Shown here piece by piece: positions 38,701-52,800 of a stretch of DNA of 64,000 nucleotides. Origin of the DNA: Asterias rubens (lineage: Eukaryota); the NCBI RefSeq assembly GCF_902459465.1, contig NC_047071.1:4030001-4094000 (forward strand), in the 5' to 3' direction. The translations under genes were made by a program, and so were the position numbers. The notes under the pieces are model-generated. The model did not search any database, had not been told where the DNA came from, and worked only from the letters and a program-made list of their open reading frames with translations. Numbering within the stretch: the first letter of the stretch is position 1; the number at the start of each line of letters is the position of its first letter.

Positions 38701-41626
38701 TCAACAGGATAGGCAGAGCTTTGTTTTGACTTATGAGACCCATTTATGTAGCACCTCATCAAGGTTTAAAAGGTTCTACTGTGCATTCAGCAACCACTGC
38801 AAGAACCACACAGGCAAACCCCTTCTCTGCGAGACAAGTGTAGGATCTGGACCTTTGCATGGTGAATGAAGCAATAAAATAAAGTAATTTACACGAACAA
38901 CAGATTGTAATAATCTTACCAATGACACGAGTCAGGAATTTGTTTGAAAAAAAGTTTTGTCAGTTTTCATTCATTTTCAATTCTGGATTTGCGCTTTGGG
39001 TTGTGCCAGCCTGCAAAGAAGACCTGGGCCCAATGTCATAGAGCTGCTGAAGCACAAAATGGAGCTAAGCACAACAAAATCATGCTTACAAGAATATGGT
39101 TACCAGCCAAAATACCATTTCTCATCTACATTTTGTGACTGGTATCCTGATAATTTTTGTTTAGCAGAAACATTTTGAAGCAATGTTTTCTACTGAAGCA
39201 GCTCCATGAAGTTAGACCCAGGCTCTGTGACCTGAATACCTGTCCTACGACTCAGTAAACTGAATAATCGTCCTCACCCTTTGCCAGTAACATTCGGACG
39301 ACCTCCGCGTGACCTTTCCATGCTGCGGCATGTAAGGCTGTGTCACCGATCTTGTTCTGTGAGTTGACTTCCACTCTGGGCTGGGCCAGCAGGGTTTTCA
39401 CGCATTCTACGTGACCCCCATGAGAGGCCCAGTAAAGGGGCGTGGAACCAGACTTATCCAAACCGTTGACAGAGACCTACGGACCGAGAAAAAAAAAGTT
39501 AAACTAAATCAGTAAGACATTTTATGATGACTCATCAATGAAAATATTTCTAATGGAAATAATTTGTACTGGACCAGAATTTTTGTACAAGATCAGATTC
39601 AAAATCTGGTGAGGTTTGTGGCGACACCATGTTTATATCTTTCGAGTAGTTGGGGTGGAAAGAACCGGTGGTTTGAAAACTCGATCAGTATGCTCTCATC
39701 GTCTTCAGGAAAATGGAGAACCGATCCAAAATGTGAACAAACATGAAAAGACAAGACACAAAACGACACCACAGTTTTTACATATAAAACCACACTGCTT
39801 TGTTTTGTTTTGGTTTGGTTTGTTTGTTTGTTGGGGTGTTTGTTTGTTTGTTTATTGGGTTTCTTTTAGAAGAAAAGATCTGGATTGTCTTATGGGTAAG
39901 ACGACCTCTATACTCAACAAATTGAAACATGTTTATCAGACTGAAAGTTAACTTGTGTATATCATTTTTTCAGTGAAGATATCGATTTGAAAAAACACCC
40001 AAAACAAGACCACTGGACTTGCCCGACACTAAAATTCTAACCTCAGTCTCGGATTCCAGTGTAAATTTTGAGACCATCCATTTCAAGAAGTACTTAGATT
40101 CATCTTAAGATAAGTTATATGGAACTATTGAGAAACAAGTAATTTATCTTGATTTCCCCTCAAGACCTTAGAGATTTTTAAAGAAAATACTGAACTTACA
40201 AGATTATCGAGAGACTCTTTTAAGAAGTCAACATTTCCTCTTTTGGAAGCTTCGTGTAGAGGGTTGTCGATTCGATCCATGTTCTCTTCAACTGAAACAT
40301 AACAAAAAATAATTTATAATAGTAACTAGTTCTTATAAAACACATTTCACAACAACCGTCTCAATACGCTTTACATTAGTGCCCCGGTCTTTGGGCGTAT
40401 AACATTCCTTCAATTTTTCTCATCTCCCTTGGGAGTTTACAACCTAGGCAACCGTAGTGCTCAAAGGCTTTTTCAACCACAATATCAACCTCAACCTTCA
40501 CAGGTACACATTATACCCCTAGGTGTAGAGGGGCAGTTATAGTCATGCACCTTGCTCAAGTGCCATGACCTGGATTCGAACCCCCACTCTGATGACTTAA
40601 CCACCAGAATTTGATAATATAATAATAATATCGAAGTCTTATATAGCGCACGTATCTACCAACCAGGAACACCGGGGCGAACCCCTTCTCTTTTCGATAA
40701 GTGCACTGGGTTCTTTTACATGCGTTACACAACACATGGGACCAACGGCTTTACGTCCCATCCGAAGGATGCTCTTAACCACTCTGCCATGACACCTCAA
40801 TCAACATAGTTCCCCCGGTGGGATTCAAATCTGGTTCCCAGAGGAGGAAGGCGAGGCAAGACACAACTACACCAACCCGACCACCACCATAAGGCTCTAA
40901 TTGGTATACGTACTGTAATTGCTTGGGATCAGACCCGTCTTCTTGCCACATCTTGCTGTATACCAATCCTTGTTTTTCTGCAAGACAGAAGACATCTGAT
41001 TAAACTTAAAGTACTTTTTAAATCAACAAATAATATATGAAACTATTTTCAGTTATACTCCTTAGTGGCTTAAATCAATTACAATAATTTAATTTGATTT
41101 TAATTGGTTTGGTTGTACCTTTTATACTCACTACACTACAGAGAGTTGAACCAAAATACGTGTAGTAGGCCTATTCTTTATCCCTGATGCATTATCAATA
41201 TCAATCAAATTTGTTTACCGAGCAAAACAAAAAACGAAACCCAACAACCTGCTTCTTTTGAAAATCTATTCCTTAAGAGACCTTCAGCTGAAAGTGGATC
41301 ATACCAGAACATTTTAATTGTGGGCCGATACGAGCGAGTCGTATCCACTAAGCAATCTAAAAATGAAGAAAAAAAAAAATTGTCCAATCTACTTCAGATC
41401 AAATGCACAAAAATCACAATACAAAAGATAAAACATTAAGAATACCGCAGACTGTACGGAAGGGGTATTTAAGGAAAACTAAAAACACTAAGTGAAACAA
41501 ATCTGAGAACCTTGTTTAATTATTAGCATACTTAGGCCAAAATCCCAAAATGTAGGCCTAAAATGCCCTAGTAGCTTTTTAAAAATATTTAAAGAAGAAT
41601 TAAAAAATGCCCCCCTCCCCCCCCCC

Positions 41627-41658
<32 letters not shown>

Positions 41659-44600
41659 ATTTAAAGCAAAATCAACATGAAATATTTAAAATGCACAAAT
41701 CAAGCAAGAATAGCAATACATCAATGAAATGTCAGAAGCAATAAATACAACTGGGCAAAGAATCAAACGTGTCACAGTATTTAAAATATTATACTTCAAA
41801 AATGTCAATACACGCATACATTATAAAAAATATAGACAATAATAACATGAGGTATATCATTCAAATAGTTTAGAAAACCAAATCGCAGACACAGAGCAAG
41901 TTGACAGAATAAAGCAACTACGTGCACAGGTAATATATAAACAAAAGTGACGTCTGTCTCGAGCCTAGGTGGCTCACCGGGCCAGTGTTTATATCCGCCT
42001 TTTCTTGGCATTAAACAAAGGAGCATATTTCTATTCTCACTGGACAATGATGTCAGTCCATTGCAGGTTACCCCCCCAGCTCTCACCGGTACCCATTTGT
42101 ACTCCTGGGTGGAGAGAAGCAATCGTGACAAAGTGCCTTGCTCAAGGACACAAGTGTTACAACTGACCAGGTCAAGACTCAAACCCCCATTCAGTGCTCT
42201 CAGAAGTAGAGTCCACTGACGGTGACCATGACACTCCACTACTAGTCTAGGTTCCTAGACCTTTGGTGTTGCGTGGTCACACACAACGAACGTTCCGATT
42301 ATGCACGGCAAAAACTGTACACGCTTGTAATGAACGAACGCTAGCGGGCGCTCTGTTTCTCTAATTTCCGGATCTCCCCATGTCCTGTGCTCCGGAAATC
42401 AGAGAAACAGAGCGCCCGCTAGCGTTCGTTCATTACAGTGTGTGACCACGCAACACCAATGGTCTAGGAACCTAGACTACTCCACTACATACACAAGGAA
42501 TATGACAGAAACAATCATACAAAGATGTTGCCAGATGTTGTCAGAGGCTTGGCATCTCAACAACTATCTACACAAAATGTGGCATTTGTTCCAAGCTCAC
42601 CATATCTGTGACATACAACAAGTCATCTTCTTTAAACGTCAGCTCATCGCGCTAAAAAAAAAGAGAAAGATAAAAACGCATTTTTAATATAAAATTTAGT
42701 ACATTTATTTCATTACCACAAATCTGGCACTCTATCTATCTAATCTAATACTGATAATTATTCATGTGTTTGTTTTTTTGCTAGAACTCATTTTTGTTGA
42801 GTTTTATCATTTCTCTATAAGACCACATTCCTAGTGCTATCATATAGAAGAGGACCAGTTTTTTCCTTCATAGGCATATGACCCAGTGGGGCAGGCGAAG
42901 GGGGCAGCTACCCCCAAACTTTGAGCAAAGCAGTGGGGAAATTTGTGTACAGAGGTTTCCTAAAACACAAGCTTAAGTCCATGACGTGTCAACATAGGTG
43001 TGAATACTGAGGTGAGCAGTGTCTATTTGTTGATCTTGATCTTGAAATAATAATTGATCAGCTCCTTACTAGGAACAACACTTAATGAGGGTTAGGTCAA
43101 GAGGGAGGAACTCCAAGTCGATGCTGGTGATGCTAGTGATGCTGGTTGTTAAAGACACTGGACACTATTGGTAATTGTCAAAGACCAGCCTTCACAGTTG
43201 GTGTATCTTAACATTATGCATAAAATAACAAACCTGTGAAAATTTGAGCTCAATCGGTCATCGAAGTTGCGAGATAATAATGAAAGAAAAAACACCCTTG
43301 TCACACGAAGTTGTGTGCGTTTAGATGGTTGATTTCGAGACCTCAAATTCTAAACCTGAGGTCTCGAAATCAAATTCGTGGAAAATTACTTCTTTCTCAA
43401 AAACTATGGCACTTCAAAGGGAGCCGTTTCTCACAATGTTTTATACTATCAACCTCTCCCCATTACTAGTCACCAAGAAAGGTTTTATGCTTATAATTAT
43501 TTTGAGTAATTACCAATAGTGTCCACTGCCTTTAAGTAGGGGAGTGAATTCCAGTCTTTAGCAGTATTGGGAAAGTATGACTTATGAAAGGCGTAAGTTC
43601 TAGAGGAAGAGATTCTAAGGGTGAGTGGGTTGTGATTTCTAGTGATGACAGCTGTGGGGTCTCTAAGGTTGAAGTTTAGATGTTCTTCCAGATCAAGTTG
43701 AATATGTTTGTGGATGATTTTGTGCATTGTGAAAAGTCTCTGGTTAAAGGATTTGGGTACTTTTTCAAAATGTTCATAGATTTACATTAAACTTACAGGG
43801 TTTGAAGATAATGATAGTGGAAAGCTTCCCATCAAATATTACTTACTGAGGTGCTGTAGTTTTTTGAGAAATGAGTAAAACAATGTCATGAAAATACGTT
43901 TGTAAATGATTAAAATAATTTTCGTCTCATAAAAAGAAAATTATTTTCATGACATTGTTTTACTCATTTCCCCAAAACTACAGCACCCCAGCAAGTAATA
44001 TTTTCAGGGAAGCTTTCTACTATCATTATCTTCAAACTGTGTAAGTTTAGTGTAAATCTGTGGACATTGTGTTTTTTGTCCTACAAAAGTTACATAGACC
44101 CTTTAAAGCGTCTGTGTTGAAGTAAGGGAAGCTCAATTTCATTTAACATAGCTGTTAATACAGAACTATCCCTGGTGTCGTTGTTGGTATGAAATGTGCA
44201 GCTCGTTGACGAGTTTCTCAGAGAGAGTGAGAGATCTTGACATACTCACATGCTGAGCCTGGTAGTGATACAGAGCCCGGAAAACCTTCACCTGACCTGG
44301 ACAACAAAATAAAAATAAAAAAGTCAATCATTTATTTATTGAATGTCATCTTTGATTCGACAATGCACATGTAGTCCAGATCAATGATGTGCAACAGTGT
44401 TACCAACTACTAAACCATAGAGCCGTCTTCACAACAACACACATGTACATGTATTTGTACGAATGTAGATGTGTATAAAATGGTATAAAATGGTAAACTA
44501 TCACAAAATAAATATACTTCACTTTATTATATATTGGTGACCATGGCCAGATGCAGAAATTTAGAAAGAAAAATTTCCGTATCCTGCAACCACTTTTTCA

Positions 44601-46197
44601 TTCATTGTGAAACAAATTAGGAATAACTTTCCGTATCCTGCCACCACTTTTTCACTCATTTTTACAAAAAGGGATATCTCATTGAGGTAAATTAAATACT
44701 ACATGTATATTATTTCATATCGAATGAAAAAAGTGGTGGCGATATACAGAAACTGTTCCTAAATTAGTAATTATTAATCAAATAGGAGTTAATCCTTTAA
44801 TTAAAGGTAAAAACGAGTTTATAAAAAACGGTGGCAGGATACAAAAATATTTCATTTTTAGCCAAAATAATTACAACTACAATACGTGTAATCCCATTAC
44901 ACAAGGGTGATATTTATTGCTCTAGCTAGGAGTCTAGTCTTAGTAATAATAGTCTTACTTTTAGTTATATATATCGTAGCGTCATACGTTATTGACCCTC
45001 ATATGGTTTCGGTTCCACTTTGATTCCCGTTTACCGCGAGATTGTGCAAGCTGCACCGGTGACAGAAGCTATGCAGTTTACTCACAGTCTGTATTTTCAT
45101 CAGGCTTAATCATGCCGAGAATAAAGTTTCCTGTCGTTGGTTATGCTCAAACATTTATAAAATGATTGATTTTTGGTACTAATCACTAGTGCATTATTAT
45201 GCCAACATTCAAATGAGTCAAAGAAACATCATCCAACCTCGAAAGTTCAAAACAAAATTACTATCTGCTAGATTGAGTTTCATTCTGCTTTAGTCACTAG
45301 ATGGATCACGTGATGTGGTTACTTTTTGGGATTCTATGGTGCGCAAATGTGGGGAAAATATTAAAATATTTTAAGTGAAAATTACAACAATTTTTATTTT
45401 TTATTTACTGCATAACTGTTATAAATTCCGATAAGCGTAATAAATATTAAGACTTAAGTCTACATTTAAGAGAAAATATCATAGATTGGTTTCTTATCTC
45501 CTGAAACCAAACATCACTGGTCTGAAATGAGGGAAAACGGATTGTTATGAAGTGTGAGTGCATCAAGGGGGGGGGGGGGGTGTTTTACTTTCATGCCTTA
45601 TGATATCTCTGGATTCTAATAATAAAATATAGTAGCCATAATGCCTTAGGACAAAAATGTAATTAAATTTGTTAAGTACTAATTGAATAATATTTTTGAT
45701 TTACTTTGCCCGCCATACTAGCTTCTGAATATTCAATAAAACCAACCAATGAAAGGTGTGAAAACATATGACGTTGCTCCAATGTCGTGTATGCACAAGC
45801 ACTGTTAATGGCGGACTGTCTCTCGCAACGTAAAACCAAAACTTTAAAAATTTCAACACACCATGAAGTGAAATGGTTATGGTTAAAAAATTGGATATAT
45901 AGATGATTGGAAAAACAAATATTAAGTTTCTGATTGTGAACAATTTTCCTGTTATCCTACTGAAAACACATGACACCAGGATACACTTGTCATGCTTATA
46001 CAGTTGCACAGTGTTGAATGTGGACTGTGTAGTAAAGTTTGCAGTACAGTAAATTGCTACTTTTTAACAACAATAAATCTGCACACACACAAAAAAGGGC
46101 CAGTCAGATTCCAAAATTTATTTCGGTGAATGTTTTGTTTACCTGGCTTGGGGACTGGCTTGGGTGGAGGTGGTGCACTTCTTGCTGGAGTAGTCAT
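35785..46197 (-). CDS. OSTF1: Osteoclast-stimulating factor 1 (Pro-rich N-terminus, SH3, ankyrin repeats), 216 aa, 8 coding exons
   Basis: Minus-strand exons 46143-46197 ([18 protein letters not shown]), 44250-44296 ([16 protein letters not shown]), 42601-42651 ([17 protein letters not shown]), 40914-40977 (KNKDWY...GLIPSNY), 40200-40291 ([12 protein letters not shown]), 39278-39476 ([13 protein letters not shown]...[12 protein letters not shown]), 37948-38046 and 35785-35828 ([10 protein letters not shown]). Total 651 nt, all GT-AG and in phase. Confidence 0.96.
35972..36332. mobile_element. MITE family A copy in the last OSTF1 intron
   Basis: TIRs and degenerate core; the right TTAA abuts a family D-like terminus AGGGTTTGGGTAC. 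Confidence 0.75.
36887..37055. mobile_element. MITE (GCCGTCGATTTCACAAA TIR), copy 1 of an inverted pair
   Basis: TIRs at both ends; reverse complement of 37218-37362 apart from an indel of about 24 bp. Confidence 0.75.
37218..37362. mobile_element. MITE, copy 2 of the inverted pair
   Basis: Reverse complement of 36887-37055. Confidence 0.75.
37733..37891. mobile_element. MITE with GGGGCCTTTCTCAAAC TIR
   Basis: About 40-bp imperfect TIRs, close to the OSTF1 exon 7 donor. Confidence 0.7.
39027..39218. mobile_element. MITE family F copy in an OSTF1 intron
   Basis: Degenerate TIRs with CTG/CAG flanks. Confidence 0.7.
41930..42235 (-). mobile_element. tRNA-derived SINE copy
   Basis: Reverse-strand B box and GTGTCCTTGAGCAAGGCAC body. 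Confidence 0.7.
42243..42479. repeat. Foldback element with nested 47-bp hairpin
   Basis: Outer inverted repeat 42243-42282/42440-42479; inner inverted repeat 42326-42372/42391-42437. Confidence 0.85.
43149..43535. mobile_element. MITE family A copy inserted in a CR1 fragment
   Basis: TTAA duplicated; the LINE sequence continues on both sides. Confidence 0.85.
43744..44106. mobile_element. TTAA-flanked MITE family D inserted in a CR1 fragment
   Basis: TTAA|AGGATTTGGGTAC...GTTACATAGACCCT|TTAA with internal inverted arms. Confidence 0.75.
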
Positions 46198-46853
46198 CAC
46201 TGAATGAAGTGGCTATTTATTCCTCTATAAATAATCAGACAACAAGGAAACACAATAACCGAAACTACATAAAACCCAGGAATCAAATAACAACAACACT
46301 GACACCAAACATTATATCAGAATCCACACTCGCTACATCCGTGTTGCGTCTGATTTCAGCCTTTCTCTCAACAAGAAAATACATATGCAAGTTTTCCCGA
46401 ACCAGACTACGACGGGGTTAAAACCCGGAAGTGTTACTGTTAGTTAAATTGAATACTTTTTTTACTACCGATGTAGCGGTCGGTTGTTGATTGATTCTTA
46501 TGGTCCCCATGTGTGGTAGTAATTTTGGAAAAATAGCACTCTTTAGTCTTAGTGTCAAGACCTTCCCGCGGAAATGGATCAGTTCCAACAACGTACACCA
46601 AAGCGTGTTAGAGATAGTAACGTTTTGAACAAAGACTAGCGTGTCCTGGACCGTTCGGGTCACGTCAAAAGAGGGCGCTGTTTGGGTTTATTTTTACAGT
46701 CGATGTCATTAAAATGTGAATAAAAGGAGCCTCATTAAATGTGTATGGCTGTTTACAAAACTTCTGCTGATTGATGCAAGAAAATTGAAGCCGAAAAAGG
46801 GTATTTAATTAGCTTCCAAGAGAGTCAGAAACGGGACGAACTGAAGTAGGGTC
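46198..46853. promoter_or_regulatory. Bidirectional promoter region of OSTF1 and VPS45
   Basis: The divergent ATGs are 656 bp apart. The interval has the ETS motif CCGGAAGT (46425-46432), an E2F-like TTCCCGCGGAAA (from 46563), a CRE-like CACGTCA (from 46661) and AGAGGGCGCTG. Transcription starts are not determined. Confidence 0.7.
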
Positions 46854-49800
46854 ATGATGAATGTGATCCTTGCAGTGAAGCAGTATGTGGCCAAGATGAT
46901 TGAAGAGAGTGGACCTGGAATGAAAGTGCTTCTGATGGATCGAGATACCGTGAGAATAAATTTACAAAAATAGTCAAATAAAAAACTTTGATTAGACTCT
47001 TGTTATAGAGGTGAGGGGGAGGGAAGAGTCCGAGCGGCATGGGGAAGGGATGTCATTGTGCTATTTGTTCAGAATTCATGAAAATCACATTTACATTTAA
47101 TATAATTAAAACCATTACTTGGAATGTCCCATCCAGACTGATATTATTATAGGGCTTTACAAATAAAAGCCAAAGATGAACACCTACCTAGTGAAAAAAC
47201 ACTAAGTTTTAAATTTTTAACATGTTTTAGCCATGCTTCCAAAATTGGGACGGAATTTCCACGCACACACAGATTTGAAATATCATAGATGGAATCCTGT
47301 GCACACAATCAATCTAGCACTAGACCCAGTAACTGGGGCGCTGTACTCCTTTTCTCGAAATTTTGACATCTTCAGTCGAACTAGCTGGTTAGTACGACAG
47401 AGAATGTCAAGTTTTAAGAAAGGAGTACAGCGCCCCAGTTACTGGGTCTATGGTCTAATCTAGCACAGTCTATTGCAACTTGCAAGAACATCTTCCATAA
47501 CAAGCTGTTTTCCCACCTATTTTCAGATCAGCTATGTGAGCATGGTATATGCTCAGTCTGAGATTCTCCAGAAGGAAGTCTATCTCTTCGAGTTACTCAA
47601 CTCCAATGCCAGAGAAATGATGAAGCATCTTAGATGTATTTGTTATATCCGCCCAACCAAGGTAAGATCTACTCCTAGAAGTTCTATGAGGTGTGTTCCC
47701 CTATTGTCTCCACGATAGCAGAACGAACCTCATAGCTCTAGGCCAACGCTCTCGCAAAACTAGACAGAAGTTTGAGTTATCTTTCAGCTCTGATTTTACC
47801 CTGACTCAAGGGCGTTCACGAAGAGCTAAGATTGATCTCAGCTGCGAATCACTCTTTTAATTGCTAAGCAAAGTGTGTAATCACTATGGCAATGGACTGA
47901 GAAAGTCTCAGGCGTATTAGAACAATGGGACCTGTTAAAGCAGGTTAGTTGATTCATTCACGCGTGAGAGTGATGTACGTGGACCAAAGTGGTCCCCAAA
48001 TTGTTGAGACTTGCACGGTCTATACTAACTAAATCTTCTTGAGATTATTCTTAGTGCTTTGTGAAGATAGCCCCCTGGGATGACATAGATGCCCTGGATG
48101 CTGTTGCCCTCGTTGCCCTAGTCTTTGCCTTGGTGTCCTTTCATGGGAACATGACAGAAATGGTAGCAATATGATTTAAACTGTTCACTGACAGAAAGTT
48201 TTATCAACAAATTGTTCTGCTGCAGGAAAACATTGATCTCTTATGCCAAGAACTGAAGAGTCCAAAGTATGGAATATACTGCATCTGTGAGTAACTTTCT
48301 TTTTAAGACTAATTTGGGGTTTTTTCTGTTCTGAAAGATTTGATAATGATTTGATAATGAAAACGAGTAATGATTTGTATTAAGCTTTATTAAAGATGTT
48401 AACAAGCATTATTGATCAGTGGTGAGGTCGGAGTAGTTGTGTCTTTCCTCGCCTCCCACCTCTAGGCTCTAGGACCCCGGTTCAAATCACCTGGATTGGG
48501 TTTCAACCCCCCTGACTGCATTGGCTTTCCCTGCAAGAATTCTCTGGGTTTTTCTCCCAAAGCTAAATCTGAAACTTTCTGCCTTGTCCTCTCTCCATTG
48601 GGTTCTTGGCAAATTCACCTTCCGAGAGCCCTTGGCTTCACAACCGGAATAAATGAAATTAAATGAAGTGGAGCTGAAATGAATTTATTATACTTGTATG
48701 TGTTTTGGGTTTACTAGACTTTAGCAACGTAGTAAGCAAGAGTGACGTGAAGAGGTTAGCTGAGGCAGATGAGCAGGAAGTTGTCAGAGAAGTCCAGGTA
48801 CGTATGTAGCCAATCCCAGGCATGATATTATCCGTTTTGTTTCTGTTTCAAGATTTTTTTATTGATTTTTTTTCTTTTAAATTGTATTAAGAATAAATCC
48901 TAGCGGTACACAGTTTGATATTTGAGCTGTTTTAATTTTTATGAAGAAGATTGATGTCATTTGTATGATGGAAAGGTATGATCAATACTCAACAGAATAG
49001 GAGACTTTAGGACGCTAGGTGGCAGCAGACTTACCAGGTAAATGTCCATAGACCTTATCGCAAATACCGGGGCGCGCGCGTAAAGCTTGGAATTAGGTGC
49101 ATTGTGGTCTTGCTGGTATCAAAATATGATCCATATATATCCCACAATGCACCTCATTCTACAGTCTGCGCTTACGCATTGGTATTTGCGATAAGGTCTA
49201 TTGTTTACGTAGTTCTGAGCATGCGCACATGACCAAGAACAATGTATTTCACCTGGTAAGTCTGCTGCCACCAATCGTCCCAAAAGTCTCCCATTGATGC
49301 CTACCTATGAGTGTACGCCAAAACTTAGTTGGGCTAGTGATGCTGGTTGTTGAGTGAGTGAATTCCAGTCTTTTGCAGTGTTGCGGAGTGATCTTGTTGA
49401 AGGTACTTGAATCTTTACTGTTTCTAATGTTTGAAACCTATTTTTATTGTAGGAGTTCTACGGAGATTACATTGCAGTCAGTCCTCACATCTTCTCCTTC
49501 AACATTGTGGGATGCTCACAGGTAACGTTTGTACATACAAGGAACCAAACAGTAGACCCCTTTGCATATGACGCCACAAGTCCACAAACAGCGCCCTCAC
49601 CAAGGTCAGGGAAGATCTGTCATTGGCTGAGAGGTGTGCTTGACGCATACGCCTGGAAGATGGGCGTGAAGCTCTGGAGCTGTTCCCTTCTTCTTGGCAC
49701 ACAATGATATCATCAGTTGCAAATGTCGTGACCTTCTAGATGGGACTTGAATAATGTAATAATAGTCTGGGGGGCTAATCGTCCTTACTCGCAGCTCAGA

Positions 49801-52800
49801 GCTGAATTGCGAAGGACGCGGCTACAACGTGTTCGAGAAGCAGGCATGCAAGGGCGCCTCTGGCTGCCAGCCACATCAACCCATTATGACCACGGAGCAC
49901 AGCCAAGTTCGAAAGTGTTTGATTTTTCCCGAGGGAGGAAAACCGGATGGTCTGGAAAACCCTCGTGGCACAGCAGAGAACCAACGCACAACTAAACTCA
50001 CATATGGCCCTGGCCGGGAATCGAACCGGGCTCACCTTGGTGAGAGGCGAGCACTTTACACACACGCCAACCATGCCACCAGATATGATAAGTTGTTATT
50101 TTCTTTCTAGGGCAACGTGTGGAAGACTGGCGTTTTGAACAGGATATGTGCCGGTCTTACAGCAGTACTTTTATCCCTCAAGAAATGTCCAATGATCCGC
50201 TATCAGAACTCGTCTGAGCTCGCAAAACGATTAGCTGAAAACGTCAAGGTGAGATCTTGAGAACTTGACCCTTAATTCACATGGGCCCAATTTCATAAAC
50301 CCTGTGTAAGCACAAAAACTTGCTAAGCACAGAAAAGTATTGCTTAACAGAAATGGGGCACCAGCCAAAATTCTTACAAGTTTACATTGTTGTGATTGGT
50401 GCCCCACTCATTTTTTGCTTAGAAAAGAAATTTGTTAATGAAATTGGGCCCGGATGTCATCACCTCTGATAAACCTTGGTTGCACCATTTTGGGATTCAT
50501 GTTCCTCGGGTGTTAACTGTGAATGTGAAGGTGTTGATTTTGATTTTGATTTTGATTACAGCAAGTGATATCTAAAGATGCTGGTTTGTTCGACTTCAGA
50601 CGGACAGATGTGCCACCATTGTTGCTCGTCCTTGATCGTCATAGCGATGCAGTGACACCCCTCCTTCATCAGGTGACTCCATTACTTCCTGTTCTTTATA
50701 TCATCATTGGCAGATCTTGCTGTAGAATTAAGCCCAGCTCATACTCGCTCAACTTTTGACAGAGAAGCAAACTATAAGAACTTACTCACTCCACAGTAGT
50801 GGAGTTAATAATTTAATAATGAGAAGTCCCCTCTATCCAATAAGCGAAAGTAGAAGTCTTGGCTGATTTCTTACCTATTTTGAATTTGTTGTTTGTGGTA
50901 TGATTTTTTGATCGAGCCAATACTTGTTAGTTGTGATTTTAAACGATGTTGTGATGTTTGTTAACAGTGGACATACCAGGCCATGGTGCACGAGTTGCTC
51001 GGCATTCGTAATAATCGCATTGACTTGTCCAAAGTACCTGGAATCACCAAAGATCTGCAAGAGGTTGTCTTATCGGCAGAGCAGGATGAATTCTATGCAG
51101 CGGTACGAACAAAGCCTTAGCTTAAAGTCATAATATTAATATCCATCACTAACTTAGTGAAGCTTAAAGCACTTCAACTTGCAGTATTTTCTTGCAAGGT
51201 GTTGTGGGATACGTATCTTAAAGCCATTGGACCCTTTCGGTACGGAAACAAACAAAAAAGTTCACAGATTTACAAATAAGACTCCGATGACCGATTGAGC
51301 CTAAATTTTCACAGGTTTGTTATTTGATATAGAAGTTGTGATACACGAAGTGTGGGCCTTATTGTGTTTACCAAAAGGGTCCAATGGCTTTAACCTTGAC
51401 ATGGTTGATTCTGGTATGCCGTACCATCTCCACTTAGACCAAGTGCTACCCTGGACAATTTTAAATCCAACCTCAAATCCCACCTATTTCGTTCTTTGTA
51501 GTGTTCAGTTTTTGTAAAGCGCATTGAGATTTCTTCTAGTTATGTTTTGCACTATATAATATTGATTCGTTGTTATGAATATCGTTATTTGTAGAATGTT
51601 TACAACAATTTTGGTGAGATTGGTGGTCGGATCAAGGAACTGATGGAGGAGTTTCAGCAGAAGAGCCAAAGTACAAAGAAGATTGAATCCATCGCTGACA
51701 TGAAGGTAAGACGGCATTCATTGAATCTCTGTGAATGTTTAAAGCCATTGGACCCTTTCGGTTCAGAAAAAAAAATAAAAGTTCACAGATTTACAAATAA
51801 CTTACAGGGTTTACAGAAGGCAATGGTGAAAGACTTCTCTTGAAATATTATTCCATGAAATGCTTACTTTTTGAGAAAACAGCAAAACAATATAAATTCT
51901 CGTTAACGAGAATTACGGATTTATTTTAGACACATGTCATGACACGGCAAAACGCGCGGAAACAAGGGTGGGGTTTTCCGTTGTTTTCTCCCGACTCCGA
52001 TGACCGATTGGGCCTAAATTTTCACAGGTTTGTTATTTGATATAGAAGTTGTGGTACACAAAGTGTGGGCCTTGGACAACACTGTTTACCGAAAGGGTCC
52101 AATGGCTGTAAGGTGAAAGGTTGGCACTCTTGTGCCGATTTTTATCCTCGCAATATTGCGGCAGAAAAGTGTCGCGATATTTGACATTATCATCGCTGTT
52201 TGAACAGAAGTGACTTGATAGCTTTTGTGTTTGGAAAGTTAGTGGACTTGGTTGGTGACTGGCCACTCTAAATGGACTTAGTCACCAACCCGGTTATTAG
52301 CCAGAGGTCCATTAACAGTGGCAAGCCGCCAACCCGGTCATTAGCCAGAGGTCCATTAACAGTGGCCAGCGGCCAACCCGGTCATTACAACGTAGCGAAG
52401 ACCGGCTCATCACACTGTTTTTGCTTAATTATTCATCTTTGATGAATCTTTTCATTCATTTTTTCTCAAATGAAAGACTACATCTTCTTTCACTACTTTG
52501 TTTTAAATTGAACGCATCACTTTGTTAAATCTTGCAGGCCTTTGTTGAGAACTATCCACAGTTTAAGAAGATGTCTGGAACTGTATCCAAGCATGTGACG
52601 GTTGTAGGAGAGTTGTCGAGACTCGTTGGTTCAAACAATCTACTAGAGGTGTCTGAAGTACAACAAGAGTTGGCTTGCCAGAGTGACCACAATGAGTCCC
52701 TGAAGGTAAAGTAAAATGTTGGCTTCTAAGATGAAGGAAGAGGAGATCATACTCGGGGGATTAGATAAGACCCAGGTATGACAAATTCGTAATCTTCTTG

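Larger units (their letters stand above)
43050..44215 (-). mobile_element. CR1-clade LINE 3' fragment interrupted by two TTAA MITEs
   Basis: Minus-strand peptides [26 protein letters not shown] and [16 protein letters not shown] match CR1-type ORF2 C-termini. A related short fragment lies at about 49330-49410. Confidence 0.7.
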
